Below are positions 1-7,539 of a stretch of DNA of 47,335 bases, piece after piece. Position 1 is the first letter of the stretch; each line of letters opens with the position of its first letter. The translations under genes were made by a program, and so were the position numbers. The notes below the pieces were generated by a model. It was not told where the DNA came from. It saw only the letters and a list, made by a program, of their open reading frames with translations, and did no database searches. The DNA lies in contig MHJF01000023.1 in NCBI GenBank assembly GCA_001818675.1, forward strand, positions 1-47,335, read 5' to 3'. This DNA comes from Candidatus Harrisonbacteria bacterium RIFCSPHIGHO2_02_FULL_40_20 (GTDB lineage: Bacteria; Patescibacteriota; Minisyncoccia; UBA6257; WO2-44-18).

Positions 1-348
1 AAAATTGAAAACGGTCGTATTTATATTAACGCTTCCTTTAACAATACGATCATTTCCATTACTGATGATAAGGGTAATGCTTTGGCTTGGAGTTCGGCTG
101 GTACCTTGGGTTTTGCTGGACCAAAGAAAGCTACGCCTTTTGCCGCCTCTAAAGTAGTTGCGGCTTTGGCGGAAAAATTGAGAAATGCCGGCCCAGTGAA
201 TGTCGCAGTTTTTCTCAATGGAGTGAGCAGCGCCCGGGATTCCGCTTTGCGTTCGTTAAGTAATCACGGATTTAATATAATCAGCATTAAAGATGTTACG
301 CCCGTGCCTCATAATGGTCCAAGGCCGGCAAAAGTTCGAAGGGTGTAA
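1..348 (+). CDS. rpsK: 30S ribosomal protein S11 (5' end cut by window edge)
   Basis: Frame-1 translation from nt 1 reads KIENGRIYINASFNNTIISITDDKGNALAWSSAGTLGFAGPKKATPFAA...PRPAKVRRV, the conserved S11 core. It is followed by S4-rpoA-L17. Confidence 0.95.
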   Translation, partial: KIENGRIYINASFNNTIISITDDKGNALAWSSAGTLGFAGPKKATPFAASKVVAALAEKLRNAGPVNVAVFLNGVSSARDSALRSLSNHGFNIISIKDVTPVPHNGPRPAKVRRV

Positions 349-403
349 GGGCTTAGTTGAAAAATTTAAGCCAAATGCGTAGAATTTTTCAGTATCAAAC
401 TTT

Positions 404-509
404 ATCGAGCACATAAAATCATGAAAATATTAAATCAAAACTTAGAAAATCTGTGGAATTTAAATCGTTATAATCGCAACGGTCGTTACTTTAATTTTAT
501 GTGCTCGAT
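404..509. repeat. 16-bp perfect inverted repeat enclosing 74 nt in the S11-S4 spacer
   Basis: ATCGAGCACATAAAAT at 404-419 and ATTTTATGTGCTCGAT at 494-509. Confidence 0.85.
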
Positions 510-572
510 GCTTGGTTTTGTAGCTAAATTGTCTTCGCTACAGACGAGCTCAAAAATTTAGACAAAAACGGT

Positions 573-1187
573 ATGTTTCCTACTAAAGAAAAAAAAGAGA
601 GATCGTTAGGCGTGAAGCTTTTTTTGAAGCCGGAGCGTTGTAATTCTCCGAAATGCGTTACGGTTCGTCGTCCGCAGCATCCGGGTTTGCATGGAAAAAT
701 GTTTCGCAGGCAACTTTCTGAATTCGGTTTGCAGCTTAAAGAAAAACAAAAAATTCGGTTTACTTACGGGATTCGTGAGCGTCATTTTAGAAAAATTTTC
801 CAATCGGCAGCCAAAAATCCCGGAGTTACTGGGCAGATGATTTTTCATATTTTAGAAAAACGCTTGGATAATGTTGTTTACCGATTGGGACTAGCGCCCT
901 CTCGTTCCGTCGCTCGGCAATTAGTAGGGCATGGTCACATTATGGTTAATAATCGCAAGGTGACAATTCCTTCCTTTCAGGTAAAAGTCGGAGAACTTAT
1001 TTCTATAAGGCAACAGTCTAAGGAACACCCTGCTTTTAAGGAATTAGCGAATAGTTTAAAGAAGTATGATCCGCCGATTTGGCTGGCGATGGATTCGGAG
1101 AAATTTCAAGGTAAGGTTCTTTCGGAGCCTAAAGATTTAGAGATTCCATTTGACGTAAACTTAGTAGTAGACTATTATTCAAAATAA
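573..1187 (+). CDS. rpsD: 30S ribosomal protein S4
   Basis: 204-aa ORF with the S4 RNA-binding domain RLDNVVYRLGLAPSRSVARQLVGHGHIMVNNRKV. It lies between S11 and rpoA. Confidence 0.95.
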   Translation: MFPTKEKKERSLGVKLFLKPERCNSPKCVTVRRPQHPGLHGKMFRRQLSEFGLQLKEKQKIRFTYGIRERHFRKIFQSAAKNPGVTGQMIFHILEKRLDNVVYRLGLAPSRSVARQLVGHGHIMVNNRKVTIPSFQVKVGELISIRQQSKEHPAFKELANSLKKYDPPIWLAMDSEKFQGKVLSEPKDLEIPFDVNLVVDYYSK

Positions 1188-1193
1188 AAATTT

Positions 1194-1955
1194 ATGATTT
1201 ACCAATATTTAAGTGAATCAGTTAATATAAAAAAAATTTCGGAAACTTCTACGGAAGGAGTTTTTGAAGTAGAGGGTCTTTATACCGGCTATGGTTTAAC
1301 CATTGGTAACGCCTTGAGGCGGGTTTTATTATCTTCGCTTCCGGGAGCCGCCATAACCAAGTTTAAGATTAAGACTGTCGGACATCAGTTTAGCACGGTG
1401 CCTGGCGTGATGGAGGATGTGGTAGAAATAGGATTAAATCTAAAAAAGATTAGATTTCAAATCTTTAGCGACGAGCCGCAAATTTTAACTTTAAAGGTTA
1501 AAGGAGCGCGCGCGGTTACTGCTTCGGATATTGAGACTAACGATCAGGTTGAGTTAGTGACTCCGGACGCCCATATCGCGACTTTGGCGGAGAAAGGCGC
1601 GGAGCTGGAGATGGAATTGACCGTAGAAAAGGGTTTAGGCTATATACCAGCGGAAGCTTTAAAGAAAGATAAGCTGCCGATTGGAGAAATCGCTTTAGAT
1701 GCTTTATTTTCTCCGGTTATCAATGTTAATTTTTCTGTGGAAAATATGCGTGTTGGCGACCGGACTGATTTTAATCGGCTGCGTTTACATATTAAAACTG
1801 ACGGCACTATTGCTCCCTCCTCGGCTTTAAGAAAATCCAGCAATATTTTACAAGACCACTTTACTAAGATTTCTCAGCTTGAAGTAATGGAGGTTGAAGT
1901 TCCGAATAAGGATGCCAAAGAAAAAAAGACTAAGGCTAAGAAAAAGAAGGAGTAA
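1194..1955 (+). CDS. rpoA: DNA-directed RNA polymerase alpha subunit, N-terminal domain only
   Basis: 253 aa with alpha-NTD motifs GYGLTIGNALRRVLLSSLPGAAIT and MRVGDRTDFNRLRLHI. It ends in a Lys-rich tail. It lies between S4 and L17. Confidence 0.9.
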   Translation: MIYQYLSESVNIKKISETSTEGVFEVEGLYTGYGLTIGNALRRVLLSSLPGAAITKFKIKTVGHQFSTVPGVMEDVVEIGLNLKKIRFQIFSDEPQILTLKVKGARAVTASDIETNDQVELVTPDAHIATLAEKGAELEMELTVEKGLGYIPAEALKKDKLPIGEIALDALFSPVINVNFSVENMRVGDRTDFNRLRLHIKTDGTIAPSSALRKSSNILQDHFTKISQLEVMEVEVPNKDAKEKKTKAKKKKE

Positions 1956-1960
1956 TTTTT

Positions 1961-2299
1961 ATGAGGAAATTTCATCGCAAACGCGGTATGCGGAAATCTT
2001 TTTTCCAAGGACTAGCGAATAATTTAATTATGAAAGAGAAGATTGAGACTACTGTAGCGCGAGCCAAAGAAATTCGTCCTATGGTAGAGCGTTTTGTTTC
2101 TATTGCCCAGAAAAAGCAGCAATTAACTGCTTTGCGATTTTTGCTTGCCCGTTTGCCTAAGCAAGCAGCTCAAAAATTAGTTTATGAAATTGGCCCTCGT
2201 TATAAAGAGCGCCGAGGTGGCTATTTACGGATAATTAAAGGAGCTAAATCCAGAATGCGAGATGGCGCAGATTTAGCAAAAATAGAGTTTATTAAATAA
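1961..2299 (+). CDS. rplQ: 50S ribosomal protein L17
   Basis: 112-aa basic ORF directly after rpoA. L17-like sequence: ETTVARAKEIRPMVERF, RRGGYLRIIK. Confidence 0.9.
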   Translation: MRKFHRKRGMRKSFFQGLANNLIMKEKIETTVARAKEIRPMVERFVSIAQKKQQLTALRFLLARLPKQAAQKLVYEIGPRYKERRGGYLRIIKGAKSRMRDGADLAKIEFIK

Positions 2300-2303
2300 A
2301 GAC

Positions 2304-2645
2304 ATGGAACACACTATTGACGCCACAGGCCAAAAATTAGGAAGATTAGCATCGCAGATTGCCCATATTCTCCAGGGCAAATTAAGCCCGTCTTATAATC
2401 CGCGTTTATCTGGCAATGATAAGGTTGTTGTGACCAACCTTTCCAAGGTTGCCATTACTGGCCGTAAAGCTACCCAGAAAGTTTATTATCGGCATACCGG
2501 ATATATGGGCCATTTGAAAGAGAGAATTTATAAAGAATTTTTTGAAAAATCTCCAGAAAAGATTTTGTTGTTAGCTATTAAAAGAATGTTGCCTCAAAAT
2601 AGCCTGCGTGATAAAAGATTAAGAAGGTTAGAAATTCAAAAATAA
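2304..2645 (+). CDS. rplM: 50S ribosomal protein L13
   Basis: 113 aa with GQKLGRLASQIAHILQGK, VVVTNLSKVAITGRK and YYRHTGYMGHLK. It is followed by S9. Confidence 0.9.
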   Translation: MEHTIDATGQKLGRLASQIAHILQGKLSPSYNPRLSGNDKVVVTNLSKVAITGRKATQKVYYRHTGYMGHLKERIYKEFFEKSPEKILLLAIKRMLPQNSLRDKRLRRLEIQK

Positions 2646-2653
2646 AATTTTAT

Positions 2654-3103
2654 ATGGTTATTTCTAAAACTTCAAAAGCCGCAAAAACTTCAGAAATTTC
2701 CAAGGTTTCAGCTAGGGAGCGTTATTTTTATGCTACCGGCGGGAGAAAAACTGCCCAGGCCTTGGTTAGATTAAGAATGAAAAGGGGATCTTTTACCGTT
2801 AACGGGAAAGAATATGCCCAATATTTTCGGCTGCCCAATCATCAATCTACCGCTGTTTCTCCGTTAATCTTAACCAAACTTTTTGATGAGGCGTCAGCGG
2901 AAATTAAAGTTAAGGGCGGGGGACTGCACGCTCAGGCAGAGGCTGTGCGAAATGCCATTGCTAAAGCTTTAGTAAAGTTTAAGCAAGATTTAAAAAAGTC
3001 TCTTCGTCGCGAAGGATTTATTACTCGTGATTCCCGGATGGTGGAACGCAAAAAGTACGGCTTGAAAAAAGCTCGCCGAGCTCCTCAGTGGGCCAAGAGA
3101 TAG
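2654..3103 (+). CDS. rpsI: 30S ribosomal protein S9
   Basis: 149 aa ending in the S9 C-terminal signature RDSRMVERKKYGLKKARRAPQWAKR. Confidence 0.93.
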   Translation: MVISKTSKAAKTSEISKVSARERYFYATGGRKTAQALVRLRMKRGSFTVNGKEYAQYFRLPNHQSTAVSPLILTKLFDEASAEIKVKGGGLHAQAEAVRNAIAKALVKFKQDLKKSLRREGFITRDSRMVERKKYGLKKARRAPQWAKR

Positions 3104-3505
3104 ATGCGCCTCATCTTTTCCGCCTATTTTCTTATAATTTTTATTCCTTTAGTGGTGGTATCGGTAGGGTATGCCACTTTTACGGGGTTATCTTTACATA
3201 ATCTTTGGATTGATCGCGTTGCTCATTTTGCAGGCGGTTTTTGGGCGGCGGTTTTATTTCTTTATATATTTAGGGAATATTCAGAGTTAAAAAGATTTTC
3301 GGAATTTTTAGAAAGCTGGATTTTGGTTTTAGTTTTTACTTTAGGATTTGTGGCTTTAATTGGGGTGTTGTGGGAGGTATTTGAGTTTACTACGCATAAT
3401 ATTGGGACCTTAGGAGATACTATTGAAGATCTTAGTTTAGATTTAGTTGGGGCAGCCGTGGCGGTAATTCTGAGTTTTTTCTATAAAAAAATAGATAAAA
3501 AGTGA
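3104..3505 (+). CDS. hypothetical integral membrane protein
   Basis: 133-aa ORF whose ATG abuts the rpsI stop. Several long hydrophobic segments. No family recognised. Confidence 0.6.
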   Translation: MRLIFSAYFLIIFIPLVVVSVGYATFTGLSLHNLWIDRVAHFAGGFWAAVLFLYIFREYSELKRFSEFLESWILVLVFTLGFVALIGVLWEVFEFTTHNIGTLGDTIEDLSLDLVGAAVAVILSFFYKKIDKK

Positions 3506-3520
3506 TATAATATAAGCGCA

Positions 3521-4813
3521 ATGCAGTTTATTATTAACGGAGGAAGAAAATTACAAGGAGAAATCCAGCTTGCCGGAGCAAAAAATGCGGCCACCAAAAT
3601 GATGGTGGCTTCGCTTTTGACTGAAGAACCGTGCGTTCTGGAGAACTTTCCTTTAATCGGTGATACTCAAATAACCGCGGAGCTTTGTCAGGCCCTTGGC
3701 AGTAAAGTAAGCCTGCGGGGATCTGTTTTAGAAATTCATACTCCAGAGATTATCAATCATAAAGTGGCTTCTTTAAGCCGGAGGAATCGGATTCCAATTT
3801 TAACTTTAGGACCTTTGCTTTCTAGGGTTGGAAAGGCGGAGGTGCCAATTTTAGGGGGAGATAAGATTGGCCCCCGGCCGGTAGATTTGCATTTGAACGC
3901 GCTTATTAAAATGGGAGCTAAAATTGAAGTTTCCGGAGAAAGTTATATTGCGTCTGTAAAAGATGGTTTGCGGGGCGCTTTAATTGAAATGGAATTTCCT
4001 AGCGTTGGAGCTACGGAAAATATTATTTTAGCTGCAGTTTTAGCTAGGGGGAAAACCGTTATTCATAATGCGGCAACTGAACCAGAAGTTATTGAGCTTA
4101 TTAAGATGCTTCAAAAAATGGGAGCTATTATTGAGTTAGGCGCTAATCGGTTAATTGAAATTGAAGGCGTGAAAAAATTGCGCGGCGTGGTCCATCGTAT
4201 TTTGCCGGATCGCAACGAAGCTGTTTCTTTTGGTTGTTTGGCGGTTGCGACTAACGGGAGTATTTTAGTTAAGGAGGCGCGCCAACAAGATCTCATTACT
4301 TTTTTGAACGCCCTTAGAAAGATTGGCGGAGAGTACGAAGTTACTAAGGAGGGGATACGATTTTATCGAGAGCGCAGTCTGACGGGTTTGAAAATTGAAA
4401 CTGATACCCATCCTGGTTTTATGACTGACTGGCAGCAGCCTTTTGTAGTTTTATTAACCCAATCTCAAGGAGAGTCTGTTCTTCACGAAACTATTTACGA
4501 AGATCGTTTTGGTTATACGCAAGACTTGAATTTAGTCGGCGCAAAGATTAAACTTTCCTCAAAGTGTCTTGGAGATTTGAAGTGTCGCTTTAAGGTAGAG
4601 ACCTACATACATAGTGCTATAGTAAGTGGGCCGACTCCGTTAGCCGGAGGGAATTTTCAAGTTAAGGATTTACGTTCGGGAATTGCTCATATCATAGCGG
4701 CTTTAATTGCTAATGGGCAGTCTACAATTCAAGGAGTGGAAGAAATTGACCGCGGTTACGAAAGAATTGATGAAAGGCTAAGAGAGCTGGGAGCGGACAT
4801 CCGGCGTATATGA
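3521..4813 (+). CDS. murA: UDP-N-acetylglucosamine 1-carboxyvinyltransferase
   Basis: 430 aa. N-terminus GGRKLQGEIQLAGAKNAATKMM. Active-site loop GGDKIGPRPVDLH, with Asp at the position of the usual Cys. C-terminus IDRGYERIDERLRELGA. Confidence 0.93.
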   Translation: MQFIINGGRKLQGEIQLAGAKNAATKMMVASLLTEEPCVLENFPLIGDTQITAELCQALGSKVSLRGSVLEIHTPEIINHKVASLSRRNRIPILTLGPLLSRVGKAEVPILGGDKIGPRPVDLHLNALIKMGAKIEVSGESYIASVKDGLRGALIEMEFPSVGATENIILAAVLARGKTVIHNAATEPEVIELIKMLQKMGAIIELGANRLIEIEGVKKLRGVVHRILPDRNEAVSFGCLAVATNGSILVKEARQQDLITFLNALRKIGGEYEVTKEGIRFYRERSLTGLKIETDTHPGFMTDWQQPFVVLLTQSQGESVLHETIYEDRFGYTQDLNLVGAKIKLSSKCLGDLKCRFKVETYIHSAIVSGPTPLAGGNFQVKDLRSGIAHIIAALIANGQSTIQGVEEIDRGYERIDERLRELGADIRRI

Positions 4814-4814
4814 A

Positions 4815-4862
4815 TCAAAAGTCAAAATTCAAAAATCAAAATTACAATTCAAAAATAAAAAG
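4815..4862. repeat. heptanucleotide tandem array (TCAAAAN x7)
   Basis: TCAAAAG TCAAAAT TCAAAAA TCAAAAT TACAAT TCAAAAA TAAAAAG, followed at 4863-4898 by a T-rich array that is roughly complementary (TTTTNNN units). Confidence 0.8.
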
Positions 4863-4898
4863 TTTTAACTTTTGCCTTTTAAATTTTGAATTTTCATC

Positions 4899-5909
4899 AT
4901 GTTTACTCGTAAAATAGGAATAGACTTAGGAACTGCGAATACGATTGTTTACACGCCATCGCATGGATTTTTAATTAATGAACCGACCATTGTCGCCTTA
5001 AGTTCTCCAGATAATTTTGTGCTTGCGGTAGGCAGGGAGGCGAAAGAAATGATTGGCCGCACCCCGGCAGATATCGTTGCTTATCGTCCTCTCAAAGATG
5101 GCGTGATTGCCGATTATTACATTACTAAGGCAATGCTGGGTTATTTTATTGCCAAGGCAATTGGCTCTATGAATTTTTTTAAGCCCGATGTTGTGCTTTC
5201 GGTTCCGGCCGGCATTACTCCTACAGAACGTCGGGCAGTTGTGAATGCCGCTAAGGAAGCTGGAGCTAAAGACGCTTTTGTGGTGAAAGAACCGATTCTC
5301 GCGGCTCTAGGCGCGGGCATACCTATTAATTCTTCTTACGGCAATCTGATTATTAATATTGGAGGAGGCACTTCTGAAGTAGCAGTAGTTTCTTTAGGCA
5401 ACATTGTTTCTTGGGCGAGTTTGCGTGTGGCCGGAAATAAATTTGATCAGGCGATTACCGATTATATTAAAAAGAAGTATTCTTTGGATATTGGAGAACA
5501 GATGGCCGAAGCTGTAAAAATTGAGATTGGTTCCGCTTTGCCGATGAAGGATAAATTAGAAATGAAAATTCGGGGGCGCGATTTGATCACCGGGTTGCCT
5601 CAAGATTTAGTCTTCAATTCTAATGAAGTCGCGGAAGCTATTCATTCCCATCTTTTAGATATTGCCGCGTCTGTTCAAAATGTTTTTAATAATACGCCAC
5701 CAGAACTAGTCGCGGATATTATGGAGCGGGGGATCATTGTTTCTGGCGGCGGCGGTAACTTGCGCAACATTGATGAATTCTTTAAAAGAATGACCGGCGT
5801 GCATACCTATGTAGCGGAAGACCCCTTGTTTTGCGTGGCTAAGGGCACAGGATTGATTTTGAATCACCTCGATGTCTACAAACGAACTCTTCTTAATAAA
5901 AGGATTTAA
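4899..5909 (+). CDS. mreB: MreB-like actin homolog (paralog 1, stand-alone)
   Basis: 336 aa with actin-fold motifs IGIDLGTANT, NIGGGTSEVAV and IVSGGGGNL. Confidence 0.9.
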   Translation: MFTRKIGIDLGTANTIVYTPSHGFLINEPTIVALSSPDNFVLAVGREAKEMIGRTPADIVAYRPLKDGVIADYYITKAMLGYFIAKAIGSMNFFKPDVVLSVPAGITPTERRAVVNAAKEAGAKDAFVVKEPILAALGAGIPINSSYGNLIINIGGGTSEVAVVSLGNIVSWASLRVAGNKFDQAITDYIKKKYSLDIGEQMAEAVKIEIGSALPMKDKLEMKIRGRDLITGLPQDLVFNSNEVAEAIHSHLLDIAASVQNVFNNTPPELVADIMERGIIVSGGGGNLRNIDEFFKRMTGVHTYVAEDPLFCVAKGTGLILNHLDVYKRTLLNKRI

Positions 5910-6564
5910 GAAGCTCATTAAAGAGGGCAGATTGGCGCAGAGCTATCTTTTTTTCGGGCCGGATTCCGCAGGCCTTTTAGAATTCAGCCGAGGTTTGGCG
6001 GGGTTTTTAGAATATGGAAAGTGGGCGGAAGCAGAAAAGCCTTTTTTGGATACTTTATTTTTAAATCCTGAGGATTATCGGGACGTAAAACATTTTTTAT
6101 GGCAGAAACCAGTGCAATCTCCAAGAAAGACTATTATTATTCCTGCCGCTCAAAAGTTGAGCGCCCAGGCGCAAAATACTATTTTAAAAATTTCAGAAGA
6201 GCCACCGGCTAACGCGATGATTATTTTATTAGTGAATGATCCGGATTCTTTAATTCCGACTTTAGCTTCCAGATTGCAAAAGGTATATTTCAATAATCCT
6301 CAGCCCGCTGTCGCAGGCGTGCAAAAATCTTTAGTGGAGGAATTTTTGAAAGCCACTACTGTGCGGCGTAAAGAAATCATTAAAGAAACAGTGGAAGATG
6401 ATCAAGTTTTGGAAGGATTTGTAAGGGGCTTAATAAAAGATCTTAGCCGTGATAAGATAAAAAACTGGAAGGCATTGAAAGAGTTATCGCATCGCTGGTC
6501 GTTGATTAATCGGTATAACGTAAATAAGAAGCTGCAGTTAGAAGCAGCGTTGATATATTTATAA
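5872..6564 (+). CDS. holB: DNA polymerase III delta-prime-like clamp-loader subunit
   Basis: 230 aa with LAQSYLFFGP and ILKISEEPPANAMIILLVNDPDSLIPTLASR, which resemble delta-prime boxes. The Walker A is degenerate. The start is uncertain and overlaps the mreB end by 38 nt. Confidence 0.5.
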   Translation: MSTNELFLIKGFKKLIKEGRLAQSYLFFGPDSAGLLEFSRGLAGFLEYGKWAEAEKPFLDTLFLNPEDYRDVKHFLWQKPVQSPRKTIIIPAAQKLSAQAQNTILKISEEPPANAMIILLVNDPDSLIPTLASRLQKVYFNNPQPAVAGVQKSLVEEFLKATTVRRKEIIKETVEDDQVLEGFVRGLIKDLSRDKIKNWKALKELSHRWSLINRYNVNKKLQLEAALIYL

Positions 6565-6572
6565 AAATGGTT

Positions 6573-6702
6573 ATGGATCCCGTTAGAGGCAACCCATCTA
6601 TGATTTTTGAAAGATTTCTTGATTTTAGGTATAAAAGTCGATTGCCGTTAAAACGGCCGAGTTACGATTGTCTAAAGACAATCTGTCTCTAACGGGATGG
6701 AT
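6573..6702 (+). repeat. Element-1 copy 1: 130-nt cassette bounded by inverted repeats, ending in an ATG
   Basis: 5' ATGGATCCCGTTAGAGGCA pairs with 3' TGTCTCTAACGGGAT. Internal TTGAAA-N17-TATAAA at 6607-6635. Hairpins at 6644-6657 and 6666-6683. Confidence 0.8.
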
Positions 6703-6780
6703 AAAGCATTTAGTTTATTTTTATTAATAATTTTTGCCGGCATTTTGCTGTATTTTTTGCCGTTAGTTTGTAAGCCCTAA
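6697..6780 (+). CDS. possible 27-aa hydrophobic peptide (MDKAFSLFLLIIFAGILLYFLPLVCKP)
   Basis: Its ATG is the terminal ATGGAT of Element-1 copy 1, the same arrangement as the frr and pheS starts. One TM-like segment. The stop lies 4 nt before copy 2. Confidence 0.3.
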   Translation: MDKAFSLFLLIIFAGILLYFLPLVCKP

Positions 6781-6784
6781 GGAT

Positions 6785-6914
6785 ATGGATCCCGTTAGAG
6801 GCAACCCATCTATGATTTTTGAAAGATTTCTTGATTTTAGGTATAAAAGTCGATTGCCATTAAAATGGCCGAGTTACGATTGTCTAAAGACAATCTGTCT
6901 CTAACGGGATGGAT
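6785..6914 (+). repeat. Element-1 copy 2; its terminal ATGGAT is the frr start
   Basis: Identical to copy 1 except G>A at 6859 and C>T at 6866, which are the two partners of one hairpin base pair. Confidence 0.85.
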
Positions 6915-7457
6915 TTTGTAAAAGAGTTAGAACAAAAACTTAAAGCGATTGTTGATTCCTTTAAGCAGGAATTATTTGGTATACGCGCTAATCGTCCGAG
7001 TGCTAAGTTGGTGGAAGATATAAGAGTAGATTATACTGGGCAGTCATTGATGATTAAACAGTTGGGTTCTATTAGTATTGTTCCTCCTAAAGAAATTGAT
7101 ATCAATGTTTGGGACTCTAGCGCGGTGGCTTCGGTGGCTAAGGCGCTAGAGTCTTCTAAGCTTGGTCTTTCTGCGAACATTGACGGCAATCTTATTAGGA
7201 TTAATCTTCCTTCCTTGACTCAAGAACGGCGCGATGAGCTGGCAAAATTAGTAAAGTCTATTGCGGAACAGAATCGCATTAAAATTAGGGCTGGCCGCGA
7301 TGATGCCAATAAAAAGATTGAACAAATATTTAAAGAGAAAAAAATCAGCGAAGACCAAAAATTTAAAGATAGAAAGAAAATTCAGGAGGCGGTGGATAAG
7401 GTGAACAATGGAATAGAGGCCTTGTTAGCTGACAAGATTAAAGAAATAAATGAATGA
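6909..7457 (+). CDS. frr: ribosome recycling factor
   Basis: 182 aa with FGIRANRPSAKLVEDIRVDYTGQ and LPSLTQERRDELAKLVK. Full-length compared with known RRF proteins. Confidence 0.93.
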   Translation: MDFVKELEQKLKAIVDSFKQELFGIRANRPSAKLVEDIRVDYTGQSLMIKQLGSISIVPPKEIDINVWDSSAVASVAKALESSKLGLSANIDGNLIRINLPSLTQERRDELAKLVKSIAEQNRIKIRAGRDDANKKIEQIFKEKKISEDQKFKDRKKIQEAVDKVNNGIEALLADKIKEINE

Positions 7458-7465
7458 TTAAGTAA

Positions 7466-7536
7466 TTAGCGACTAGTGCCTAGCGACTAGTCCGCCGAAG
7501 GCGGAATAAACTAGTGGCTAGTGGCTAGTGGCTAGT
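7466..7536. repeat. ACTAGT-type palindromic intergenic repeat (REP-like), site 1
   Basis: TTAGCGACTAGTGCCTAGCGACTAGT, hairpin CCGCCGAAGGCGG, then ACTAGTGGCTAGTGGCTAGTGGCTAGT. Confidence 0.8.
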
Positions 7537-7539
7537 CTA

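Noticed and set aside
21-218. Antisense or out-of-frame track ORFs inside conserved genes (e.g. 21-218, 606-848, 1640-1843, 4111-4296, 8178-8453, 9010-9195, 11830-12097, 19687-20022, 22865-23098, 23761-24057, 25219-25512, 34004-36489 set, 40663-41415 set, 42013-42358, 43345-43683)
   Set aside because: Each lies within a strongly supported housekeeping CDS on the opposite strand or in another frame. None has an SD, and their composition is skewed.
6591-6625. Hammerhead-like CTATGA...GAAA core inside Element-1
   Set aside because: The match is only loose. The corresponding region of copy 3 does not conserve it and the required stems are missing.
6573-6692. 39-codon ORF starting at the first ATGGAT of Element-1 (MDPVRGNPSMIFERF...)
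   Set aside because: In copy 3 the same frame stops after 7 codons (MDPVRGN*), so the reading frame is not conserved. The conservation pattern is structural.
6573-6914. Possible CRISPR array (direct repeats with a spacer)
   Set aside because: There are only two 130-nt repeats 212 nt apart, far longer than CRISPR repeats. There are no cas genes. The repeats carry internal promoter and hairpin features. The 27088/27179 direct repeats are likewise only two imperfect copies.
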